Virus record (IMG/VR): IMGVR_UViG_3300020430_000007
Source of the DNA: a virus
DNA: 64,000 nt
Reading direction: 5' to 3' (one strand)
Part shown: positions 36,440 through 45,470 of the stretch, piece after piece
Layout of the letters: every line of letters starts with the position of its first letter
Numbering within the stretch: the first letter of the stretch is position 1
Notes under the pieces: generated by a model
Databases searched by the model: none
The model's input: only the letters and a program-made list of their open reading frames with translations
What the model was told of the DNA's origin: nothing
Program-made: the position numbers and the translations under genes

Positions 36440-37085
36440 GAAAATATTATTCAGTGGTGATAGTTTTACTTATGGTGACGAATTATCAAATAGAGAAAAA
36501 GATCGTTTCTCAAGACTAGTTAGTGAACATTATGCTGCAGAAGAAATTAACAAGGCACAATGTGGTTCCTCAAACGATAAAATTGTTCGTGATGTATTTG
36601 AATATCTTCATCTGTTCAATGTTGACGCTGTAGTTGTTCAATTTTCAATATTACGTAGATTTGATGCTTATAAAGATGGTTGGATAGGAATGATGCCTGA
36701 AGATACAGGTGGAAAGTATTGTCATGCTCCAGATTGGAAGAAAAATATAGCAAGAGCATATTATAAACACGTTCAAGATGATAGAAAAGATCAAGAGCGT
36801 TATTTTCAACAAATTTTGTTGTTGCAATCATTTTTGAATCAAAAAAATATCCCATACGTTATGTTGGGTCTAGAGAGTTTTGAATATAGGCAGGAAAAGA
36901 TATATTATAATTACATCAAAGATTTTTGTGAGGATTTTGAATATATAATTCCAAATCTTATAGGAGGGTACAGATCTGAAAATTATTGTCCAGATCTCAC
37001 ACATATTAACTCTGCTTTGCATGGGATGCACCCAAATGAAAAGGGTCATAAAATCATAGCAAATCATATTATCAGTAAATTATGA
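36438..37085 (+). CDS. SGNH/GDSL-like hydrolase or acyltransferase, copy 2
   Basis: MKILFSGDSFTYGDEL, GSSND, HPNEKGHKIIA; start at ATG 36438. Confidence 0.7.
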   Translation: MKILFSGDSFTYGDELSNREKDRFSRLVSEHYAAEEINKAQCGSSNDKIVRDVFEYLHLFNVDAVVVQFSILRRFDAYKDGWIGMMPEDTGGKYCHAPDWKKNIARAYYKHVQDDRKDQERYFQQILLLQSFLNQKNIPYVMLGLESFEYRQEKIYYNYIKDFCEDFEYIIPNLIGGYRSENYCPDLTHINSALHGMHPNEKGHKIIANHIISKL

Positions 37086-38134
37086 AGATAAGGCATAAAC
37101 CTAGAATACCAGTCGCACCACCTCCAAAAAAACCAACTTTACTTATGAATATTGGTGTTGGTTGGTCTGCAACCACTCCATTCTTATATACTCTCTCAAT
37201 AGATCAAAGATACTGTCATCCTGGTCATATAAAAGAAAATCATTACCTTAGAATGATATTTGAGCAAGATTGTTGTAATAAATTTGACATACATAAATTT
37301 ATTTTATCAACATCAGCAAATGAAAAGCAATGGATATTTAGAAAATGGCAAAAAGAATTATTTGAGTACAGTTATCACTTTCTTGATGATCCAAATTACA
37401 TAAAAGATTGGTATTCGCTTCCAGTTACCATTGATAAGTATATTGATTATTACATAAAGCATTGGGAAGTAATAAAAAGTGATTTTCATGCCGTAGCTGA
37501 TTTTTCTAATCATAATTGGGCAATTCCTTATTATGAAAATGGTTCAGACATGATAAAGGAGATACAAAAAGAATTTGAACTAAAAGTTACAGTTCAATTT
37601 AGAGATCCTATAAAACGTTTGTACTCAGAGTTAGGAACTTGTTTTGTTGATAAGAGAGTTCCACATATGTTTACTTTAGGTGCAACATCAAAACTACTGA
37701 GAGGTAGAAAATACTTACAAAACAATCAACACAATAATTTTTTTAAATTTTGCTTAGACGATGGTGCTTGGGATAGTGCAAACTGTCGATACATTGATTT
37801 ATTGACAAAGTGGGAGTCGTTAGTTGGCACTGCCAACATATTACCTATCATAATGGAAGAATTTTGGAATCCTCAATATAGAAAACAACAATGTGAGAGA
37901 TTATCTAATTTTTTAGGAGCACCAATTCAAAAAATTCATCAAAATGCCTATTTTCCAGATATGGGTGCAGATGCACCTCACCACATAGGTCTTATAGATC
38001 AATGGACCTCTGATAAAGAAACAATTACTGAAGAAACTATAGAATATGCACTAAAATACATGAAACCGTGCTATACTGATTGGAAGTCTAAATTTGGAAG
38101 TGTACCTGAGTTGTGGACAAAGTATGAAGATTAA
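37082..38134 (+). CDS. Family B sulfotransferase-fold protein
   Basis: NIGVGWSATTPF, KENH, ADFSN, QFRDPIKRLYS, YFPDMG..DQWTSD. Confidence 0.7.
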   Translation: MKIRHKPRIPVAPPPKKPTLLMNIGVGWSATTPFLYTLSIDQRYCHPGHIKENHYLRMIFEQDCCNKFDIHKFILSTSANEKQWIFRKWQKELFEYSYHFLDDPNYIKDWYSLPVTIDKYIDYYIKHWEVIKSDFHAVADFSNHNWAIPYYENGSDMIKEIQKEFELKVTVQFRDPIKRLYSELGTCFVDKRVPHMFTLGATSKLLRGRKYLQNNQHNNFFKFCLDDGAWDSANCRYIDLLTKWESLVGTANILPIIMEEFWNPQYRKQQCERLSNFLGAPIQKIHQNAYFPDMGADAPHHIGLIDQWTSDKETITEETIEYALKYMKPCYTDWKSKFGSVPELWTKYED

Positions 38135-38735
38135 TTATGTTACTGATCCTTGGAAATGTGTAGAAATAGAAGATTTTCTACCTGAAGATAGGTGGAAAGA
38201 AATACAAGGACTAGCAAAAATAGAATTAGATAACTACCACTCTTCAAATACTAAAGAAAAGTCTGGTCATTATGTAAGATTCCTAGATTATGATATTATT
38301 CCAGAAACCAATAGTTTATTTACAGATATTGCTTTACCTCATCGTGAATATAAAGGTAAATTGAAAAAACTTGTGCATTGGGCAATTTCTCCTCCAAAAT
38401 GGAATTATCCAACTCATTGTGACAATAAATCCAGAATAAGCACTTCAATCATGTATATTTCTCCTGAGAATAGTGATGGTACTGTTCTACATAAGAACGC
38501 TAGTCAAAATGATGGAGGTGATCATGAAAAGGCAGATTTACCATCAACCTACACTTGTAAATTAGATTGGAAACCCAATAAGGTTTTCTTTCATAATAGT
38601 ATTCCAAATAAAACTTGGCATAGTATTCAAAATTCTACAGATCTTCCTAGAGTCGTATTAAGTTCGTTTCTAATACAAGAAGATTTGATTTTACCGAACA
38701 GACCTTGTTCAGGGTATGAAATTTCTATTAATTAA
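38124..38735 (+). CDS. 2OG-Fe(II) oxygenase
   Basis: HCD (HxD), GTVL, WKPN, distal WHS and R; IEDFLPE N-terminus. Confidence 0.8.
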   Translation: MKINYVTDPWKCVEIEDFLPEDRWKEIQGLAKIELDNYHSSNTKEKSGHYVRFLDYDIIPETNSLFTDIALPHREYKGKLKKLVHWAISPPKWNYPTHCDNKSRISTSIMYISPENSDGTVLHKNASQNDGGDHEKADLPSTYTCKLDWKPNKVFFHNSIPNKTWHSIQNSTDLPRVVLSSFLIQEDLILPNRPCSGYEISIN

Positions 38736-38741
38736 TAATTC

Positions 38742-39569
38742 GTGACTACCTTATTGATTAGTGCTGGCACTGCTTTCTCTGCTAGTTCACCTTTACACTA
38801 CACATTATGTTTAGATAACAAATATGCTCATACTGGTTTATGTAAGGAAAATTTTTACCTCTATTCACTTCAAGAGGGTGTGAATATTGAGTTTGGTCGT
38901 GACACATCAAAAAACAAACCTCCACAAATGACTATCACGCACGGATGTGAGGAGTTACATGGTAGAAGATCAATAAACTCTTACATAAGATATTATCAAC
39001 GGTTGTGGGAGCATATAAAGACTGATTATCAAGCAATTGCTGACTTTTCTAATCAAAATGCTTGTTTGACTGAAAAATTCATGAAATCTATAAAACCAAA
39101 TTTACTTAAGTGTTTTAATGTCAAAGTAATAATGATTTTTAGAGATCCTATACGTAGATTGTGGTCAGTTTGTAACAAAGGTAACATCAAAGATTTTCGT
39201 AGATGGGTAAGTGGTGAATTAGAACCAAATGCCATGTATGCTGACATTTATAAAAGATATAGGAATGTTTGGGGTGAAGAAAATGTTCATATGGTGGTTA
39301 TGGAAGAATTATGGGAAGGAAAGACGCAAGCACTCTCTAATTTTTTAAATTTCCCTATAAACACAATTCATGAAAATGTTTATTACCCTGAAAGAGGAAC
39401 AAAAGCACCGCATTACGAATACTTAATGGATCAATGGATATCTGACAAACATGATTTAGATGTAAAGACATGGGAGTATGCCATAAGCAATATGGGTTGG
39501 GTGTACAAAGATTTTAAGGAAACTTTTGGATACATACCTGATAAGTGGGGTCAATGGTATGAAACCTAA
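38742..39569 (+). CDS. Family B sulfotransferase-fold protein
   Basis: SAGTAFSASSPL, KEN, ADFSN, IFRDPIRRLWS, YYPERG..DQWISD. Confidence 0.7.
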   Translation: MTTLLISAGTAFSASSPLHYTLCLDNKYAHTGLCKENFYLYSLQEGVNIEFGRDTSKNKPPQMTITHGCEELHGRRSINSYIRYYQRLWEHIKTDYQAIADFSNQNACLTEKFMKSIKPNLLKCFNVKVIMIFRDPIRRLWSVCNKGNIKDFRRWVSGELEPNAMYADIYKRYRNVWGEENVHMVVMEELWEGKTQALSNFLNFPINTIHENVYYPERGTKAPHYEYLMDQWISDKHDLDVKTWEYAISNMGWVYKDFKETFGYIPDKWGQWYET

Positions 39570-40524
39570 ATTATTATTGAACGCTGGAACTTGTTTCTCA
39601 GCAACAAGTCCGTTGTGGTATACTTTAGGGTTAAATAACCACTATGCTCATACTGGACACGCAAAAGAGCACAATTATCTTTATCATATGATGATTGATG
39701 CGAAAAGGTCCATCAGTACACCTAGTCAACTCAATTCATCTGTTAGATTGACTCAAAAGTGGGAACAAACTGATTTGATAAAAAAAACCAAGAAGAAGGA
39801 GAAAAAGAGGGATGGAAAAGATGGATTCATGCATGTTTATCCTGAGATGACTAAAAGGTCACCTTTTATAGAAGGTAAGTGGACATTAGAAGAAAGAAGA
39901 GATTTTTTTGATAATCCAGAACTAAGTATTGACAAATATATTAAGTATTACCTAAAACATTGGGAAAACTTTAAATGTGAATATCAATCAGTTGCAGATT
40001 TCTCTAATACTAATGCTTGCTTGTCTGTAGAGTTTATGGAAAGTATAAAACCTAAATTATTAGAATATTTTGATATAAAAGTAACAATGATCTTTAGAGA
40101 TCCTATTCGTAGGTTATTTTCAGCGTGTAATAGAGTTCATTCTAAATCTGGTGGAATTATGGAAGGATTTAGAAATTGGATCCTATCTGACAGTATGGAA
40201 GAGAACGTTTACTACTCAAACATATATAATAGGCATTGTCAGGTATGGGGTAAAGAAAATGTAATGCCTATTATAATGGAGGAGTTCTCTACTGATAAAT
40301 TATCTGATTTCTTAGGTTATCGTTTAGTCACTGCTCATCAGAATTGTTATTATCCTGAAATGGGTTCTAATGCACCAAAATATCCTGGTTTGTCAGATCA
40401 ATATAGTTCAGATAAGATAGATTTGTATAAAGAGACTTATGAGTTTGCTTTAGTACATATGGAGAACATTTATAAATCATTTGAAGAAACTTTTGGTTAC
40501 ATACCCGAAGCATGGAAAAAATAA
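39559..40524 (+). CDS. Family B sulfotransferase-fold protein
   Basis: NAGTCFSATSPL, KEHN, ADFSN, IFRDPIRRLFS, YYPEMG..DQYSSD. Confidence 0.7.
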   Translation: MKPKLLLNAGTCFSATSPLWYTLGLNNHYAHTGHAKEHNYLYHMMIDAKRSISTPSQLNSSVRLTQKWEQTDLIKKTKKKEKKRDGKDGFMHVYPEMTKRSPFIEGKWTLEERRDFFDNPELSIDKYIKYYLKHWENFKCEYQSVADFSNTNACLSVEFMESIKPKLLEYFDIKVTMIFRDPIRRLFSACNRVHSKSGGIMEGFRNWILSDSMEENVYYSNIYNRHCQVWGKENVMPIIMEEFSTDKLSDFLGYRLVTAHQNCYYPEMGSNAPKYPGLSDQYSSDKIDLYKETYEFALVHMENIYKSFEETFGYIPEAWKK

Positions 40525-41402
40525 AGTTATTATGGAATATTGGGACCAACTATTCCGCTACAACTCCTTTTTGGTACACATTATCGTTAAATCATAAATT
40601 TTGCCATACTGGTCATCGTAAAGAATTGCATTGGCTTGATCTTCTGGAATCTCAAAAGTTTTGGAAAACGAAAATCAAGGGTAGACCACGTTATTACAAA
40701 TATTTCACTAATAGGATTTTTGGTTTTACTACATCACCTTTAGCATACCTAAAAACCGACAAACCATCAAAATTACAAAATGCTAGATGTTTCACTAAGG
40801 AAGAAGAAGAATACTTCTTCTCTTATCCAACATCAATTGAAAAGTACATTGATTATCGTAAAAGGCATTGGAATCACATAAAACATGAGTATCATGCATT
40901 AGGTGATTTTTCAAATAGTTATTGTTTATTATCTGAAGACTTTATGAGAGGTATTAAGGATAAATTACTAGAAGTCTTTGATCTAAAGATTACTGTATGC
41001 CTTAGAGACCCTGTTCGTCGTTTATGGTCCTCTAACCCTAATAAATCAGGCGGAATAGATAAAGTTTCTAATTATGGTAAAATATTACGGTCTTATTATA
41101 ATGTTTGGGGTAAAGACAATGTTCTTCCTATTATAATGGAGGAATTTTGGGATCCTAGTAAATATAGAGAGCAGACTGAAAGATTATCTAATTTTTTGAA
41201 TTATCCTATTACTAACATCTATAAAAACGTTTATTATCCTGAACTTGGTTCTAATTCACCACAATATGAATTTTTGAAAGATCAATGGAAAAATGAGAAG
41301 GATATTGATTTAGAAACATATAAACACATTTATTCTAAATTAGAATGGATTTACCAAGACTGTGAAAAAATTTTTGGTTATATCCCAGAAAAATGGCAAT
41401 AA
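40512..41402 (+). CDS. Family B sulfotransferase-fold protein
   Basis: NIGTNYSATTPF, KELH, GDFSN, CLRDPVRRLWS, YYPELG..DQW. Confidence 0.7.
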   Translation: MEKIKLLWNIGTNYSATTPFWYTLSLNHKFCHTGHRKELHWLDLLESQKFWKTKIKGRPRYYKYFTNRIFGFTTSPLAYLKTDKPSKLQNARCFTKEEEEYFFSYPTSIEKYIDYRKRHWNHIKHEYHALGDFSNSYCLLSEDFMRGIKDKLLEVFDLKITVCLRDPVRRLWSSNPNKSGGIDKVSNYGKILRSYYNVWGKDNVLPIIMEEFWDPSKYREQTERLSNFLNYPITNIYKNVYYPELGSNSPQYEFLKDQWKNEKDIDLETYKHIYSKLEWIYQDCEKIFGYIPEKWQ

Positions 41403-41426
41403 ATAAAAATACTTATTTTTATAGAT

Positions 41427-41519
41427 ATGAAAAGATTATGGCAATGGATAAAAGGTGAATACAAACTTTGGAAATTACGTAAGCAAGATCCATATATTTA
41501 CGAAGAAGATGATGACTAA
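41427..41519 (+). CDS. 30-aa microprotein (MKRLWQWIKGEYKLWKLRKQDPYIYEEDDD)
   Basis: Preceded by AATAAATA; K..LRK.DP.IY motif typical of small marine-phage ORFs. Not in the ORF track. Confidence 0.55.
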   Translation: MKRLWQWIKGEYKLWKLRKQDPYIYEEDDD

Positions 41520-42353
41520 TTACCAACTATGTGGTATATAACCAAATTTTTTCTCAAACCCTTCATATAACCAATTAAGTTTTTTTCTACCATAATCAAG
41601 ATCATCTTTTGATAAATCTTGCAAGTCAGATGTCCATTGGTGTTCTAAACCCTTTATATGCGGTGCTCTTGTTCCTCGTTCTGGAAAATAAAGATTTTTG
41701 CTCATTTTATCTATTTTCACACCTAGAAAATCAGACAAACCTTTTGGATTCTCCCAAACCTCCTCCATAATCACAGGATACACCTTTTTGAACGCAGATG
41801 ACCAATTTTTGTAAATTGTTACGTAGTCTGGTAATACAATTGAGGGTTTTTCTAAATTTGACCTCCAATATTCTAAACTATTAGAATATCTTTTATAACT
41901 GTCATTCCATTTTTCTTTGTACCATGTTGACATTTGAGAATATGATCTCCTGACTGGATTTCTCCATATTGTAGTGACTTTGACATCAAATTCGCTTTCA
42001 AGTCTTGGTGCAATCTGTCTCAAGAAGTATGCAGGTAAATCTCCGTTACTATTTGAGAAATCGCTGACACCTTTATGACTTTTAACAATATGTGATTTAA
42101 TATAATCAACATACCAGTCTAGAGTCGTGTCTTTTTTGACAAAATCTAATCCTCTTTTCTTATGATCCTTGTGCCAGTAAATATTTGCATGCTTTGGATT
42201 GTATTCCCTCTCATATAAGTAATATAGCACATTACACTCTGTAGTATGCTCTCTATTTGGGCATATCGCATATCCAATGTCTGAAAGTGTGTCGCAAAGC
42301 GGTTTAGTCGCAGACCACCCCACTCCAGCATTTATGTGCAATACGGGTTTCAT
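41520..42353 (-). CDS. Family B sulfotransferase-fold protein
   Basis: NAGVGWSATKPL, SDFSN, IWRNPVRRSYS, YFPERG..HQWTSD. Confidence 0.7.
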   Translation of the reverse strand: MKPVLHINAGVGWSATKPLCDTLSDIGYAICPNREHTTECNVLYYLYEREYNPKHANIYWHKDHKKRGLDFVKKDTTLDWYVDYIKSHIVKSHKGVSDFSNSNGDLPAYFLRQIAPRLESEFDVKVTTIWRNPVRRSYSQMSTWYKEKWNDSYKRYSNSLEYWRSNLEKPSIVLPDYVTIYKNWSSAFKKVYPVIMEEVWENPKGLSDFLGVKIDKMSKNLYFPERGTRAPHIKGLEHQWTSDLQDLSKDDLDYGRKKLNWLYEGFEKKFGYIPHSW

Positions 42354-42380
42354 AAATATCATGCATTCTCCTTATATATT

Positions 42381-43343
42381 TTGAAAATACCATTATTGAT
42401 ATTTGGTGGATGGGGTCATGCTGCATCTACACCATTTTATTATACTCTTTCTTTAGATAATAAGTATTGTCATGGTGGACACAGAAAGGAGACTGGATAC
42501 CTTAATGAATTAGAAAATTATGAGTTCTTTGATCAACCTATGTGGACGTATACTAGTGACCCATATGATAGGTTGATGGTAAAGGATTCTAGTATGCCAC
42601 CAATACTTGATAAGCATGTAAAGCATAGTGAGGAGTTTATCCGAGATTGGATAGCAGAACCACCAAGTATATGTAAGTACATTCATTATTATCTAATACA
42701 TTATGAAAACATCAAACATGAATATAAGGCAGTTGCTGACTTTACAAACGGCAATTCTTGGTTGAGAGAACCATTTCTTGACAAGTACGTGCCTGCATTG
42801 CAAGAGTTTTTTGATATAAAATGCATATTTGTTTCTAGAGATCCAGTCCGTAGATCATATTCAGATTTTAGTGCTAAGTTTACAGGAAATGATCCTAGTG
42901 GTAAAATGTTGAAAGAAGGTATGTTATACCCTAACAATCCCACTGACAAACATTATAATAATATACATGATATGTTTTGCGGAGAACTACGTAAGACTTG
43001 TACAAGGTTCTATGTTGAGTTTTATAAAAAATTCAGCAAATACTTCCCAACTCTTCAAATTGTGATGGAGGATTTTTGGGAACCTGATAATTTTACTGAG
43101 CAGACCGAAAGGTTATCCAATTTCTTAGGTTATCCTATTACAAAGATACATGAGAATGCTTTTTGGCCAGAAGCAGGTGAAAATGCACCTAAATACGATT
43201 TCCTGAAGGATCAATGGGGATCTGTAAGGGAACCACTAACAAAAGAGTTATACGATTATGGTAGAGAACAATTGGACCCAATCTATTCTCAATGGAAAGA
43301 AGAGTTTGGATCTTTGCCTAGTTCTTGGGGTAAACATATATGA
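42381..43343 (+). CDS. Family B sulfotransferase-fold protein
   Basis: FGGWGHAASTPF, KETG, ADFTN, VSRDPVRRSYS, FWPEAG..DQW. TTG start chosen by alignment with paralogues. Confidence 0.65.
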   Translation: MKIPLLIFGGWGHAASTPFYYTLSLDNKYCHGGHRKETGYLNELENYEFFDQPMWTYTSDPYDRLMVKDSSMPPILDKHVKHSEEFIRDWIAEPPSICKYIHYYLIHYENIKHEYKAVADFTNGNSWLREPFLDKYVPALQEFFDIKCIFVSRDPVRRSYSDFSAKFTGNDPSGKMLKEGMLYPNNPTDKHYNNIHDMFCGELRKTCTRFYVEFYKKFSKYFPTLQIVMEDFWEPDNFTEQTERLSNFLGYPITKIHENAFWPEAGENAPKYDFLKDQWGSVREPLTKELYDYGREQLDPIYSQWKEEFGSLPSSWGKHI

Positions 43344-44719
43344 TAGGGTTTAGCGAGGGATTTCATGACGCTGCAATTGCGGTTGTTCATAAAAATACTA
43401 TTAGTTACGCTGCACATTCTGAGAGATACTCAAAAAAGAAGCATGATAAAGTATTGAACTTAAATGCAGTCACCATGGCAAGGGGATTGAATATACATGA
43501 TGACATTGTAGCATTTTACGAAAACCCGTTATCAAAAAGAACTAGACAGTTATATGCAGGACAAAAAGCGTGGAGGAGAGATAGACGGTTATCTTTGCAA
43601 CCTAATAAGTATATGCAACATCATAAATCACACGCTGCTGCTGCATTTCAAACATCCAACTTTGAACACGCTGCGTGTGTGGTGGTAGATAGCATTGGTG
43701 AGTGGGATTGTTCCTCAGTGTGGACTGCTAATATGGTAAGAGGATCCGCAGTATATAAAAAAGTATGGTCTAGAAGATATCCTAAGTCTATAGGACTTTG
43801 GTATAGTGCACTGACTAAATGGGCAGGATTAAGACCATTAGATGAAGAATATATTTTTATGGGAATGGCAGCCTTCGGAAAACCTTGTTATACTAAAGAG
43901 TTACGAGCATTACTTTCTAAAAATAACCATAAAGGTATACGTGGACTAGAAGGTGATTCATGTGATGTAGCAAAAAGTGCGGAGGTTGTTCTTCAAGAGG
44001 AATTGTTCAAAATATTTGATATTGCTAAAAAATACAGTAACAACATTTGCTATGGAGGCGGAGTTGCACTAAACTGTGTTGTAAATACAAAACTAAGGGA
44101 AAGGTGCAATCTTTGGATTATGCCTAATCCTGGCGACGCTGGAGGTGCTTTAGGTGCAGCTTTACTTGCATATGGTAAAAAAGTTCAATTTACTCCCTAT
44201 CTCGGATGTAACATTAGGGGTTCGGTGGATCCAGAAGAGGTGGTCGATCACATACTCAAACATAAAATCGTTGGTGTTGCAAATGGTCGTGCTGAGTTTG
44301 GTCCTCGTGCTCTTGGTAATAGAAGTCTATTGGCGGATCCACGCCAAATTTCAACCAAAGATCTAGTCAACGAAATAAAACAACGTCAGAAGTTTAGACC
44401 ATTTGCTCCTGCTATACTAGAAGAGCATTGTCAGGAATGGTTTGATATGCCTGAGCATTCAAGGCATATGTCATATGTTTATCAATGTAAGCAGAGTGAC
44501 CTTATTCCTGCCTGTCTACACGTTGATAACTCTGCTAGAGTACAAACAGTGCCAGAGACATCTGAGAGCGTTCTGAGACCCATATTGGAGTGTTGGTATG
44601 AGAAGACAGGAATCCCTGTATTGTTGAATACATCTTTGAATGTTCGTGGAAAACCAATGGTAAACAATGTTGAAGATGCAAAATTGTTTTCTAGTAAATA
44701 TTCAGTCAAGGTTTTTTAA
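43340..44719 (+). CDS. Carbamoyltransferase (NodU/CmcH family)
   Basis: HDAA, ERYS..KHD, HHKSHAA, GGVALN, EFGPRALGNRS, RPFAP, HVDNSARVQTV, LLNTSLN. Confidence 0.95.
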   Translation: MIGFSEGFHDAAIAVVHKNTISYAAHSERYSKKKHDKVLNLNAVTMARGLNIHDDIVAFYENPLSKRTRQLYAGQKAWRRDRRLSLQPNKYMQHHKSHAAAAFQTSNFEHAACVVVDSIGEWDCSSVWTANMVRGSAVYKKVWSRRYPKSIGLWYSALTKWAGLRPLDEEYIFMGMAAFGKPCYTKELRALLSKNNHKGIRGLEGDSCDVAKSAEVVLQEELFKIFDIAKKYSNNICYGGGVALNCVVNTKLRERCNLWIMPNPGDAGGALGAALLAYGKKVQFTPYLGCNIRGSVDPEEVVDHILKHKIVGVANGRAEFGPRALGNRSLLADPRQISTKDLVNEIKQRQKFRPFAPAILEEHCQEWFDMPEHSRHMSYVYQCKQSDLIPACLHVDNSARVQTVPETSESVLRPILECWYEKTGIPVLLNTSLNVRGKPMVNNVEDAKLFSSKYSVKVF

Positions 44720-45435
44720 TGAAAATACTGTTTCATGGATGCTCAATTACTTGGGGTGACGAACTCGAAGATCGTGAAAATGAAAGATATAGTAAATTAG
44801 TTTCTAATCATTTTCTGACTGAAGACTGTAATATTTCTCATTGCGGGAATAGTAACGATAGAATTGTAAGAGAATCTATTGAACATCTACAAGACAATTG
44901 TTTTGATATTGTGGTATTGCAGTTTACTGTACACTCAAGAGTGGAGTGGTTTGATAAACAGGGTTTTCCCCATAGGTTTACACCACAACTTACATCAACT
45001 CATGGAAAATTAAAACTCAAGGGTATTGCAGGTAGAGATGATTTGAGAGAAAGAATGTTTTCTGCTGGTAAATGGTTTTATAGGTTTGTTTATAATGATA
45101 TTCTTGGTGTCGAAAATATGTGGAAAAATATTTTTCTTTTTGATTCTTACTGTAAGGCAAACAATATTACCTTCATCCCTATTTTAGCAGATCATTTTCA
45201 TGAGGTTATTCGTAGACCAGAAAAGTTTTATCATGGGGCAAATGGAACTGGTTGGTGGAAACCTTTATGTCAGGATATACCAATAACATATATTCATGAG
45301 GATATTATAGGTCATAAAAAGGATGGCATAGGAGATCATTACTATGGTGATTACCATGCAAAGGGAAATCATCCAAACGCTTTAGGACACCAAAAAATTG
45401 CAGAAAAACTTATTAAGTTGATAGAGACTATATAA
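44719..45435 (+). CDS. SGNH/GDSL-like hydrolase or acyltransferase, copy 3
   Basis: MKILFHGCSITWGDEL, GNSND, HPNALGHQKIA. Confidence 0.7.
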   Translation: MKILFHGCSITWGDELEDRENERYSKLVSNHFLTEDCNISHCGNSNDRIVRESIEHLQDNCFDIVVLQFTVHSRVEWFDKQGFPHRFTPQLTSTHGKLKLKGIAGRDDLRERMFSAGKWFYRFVYNDILGVENMWKNIFLFDSYCKANNITFIPILADHFHEVIRRPEKFYHGANGTGWWKPLCQDIPITYIHEDIIGHKKDGIGDHYYGDYHAKGNHPNALGHQKIAEKLIKLIETI

Positions 45436-45470
45436 TCTGTTATAATATAATTGGATTGCAACCCTATAGT

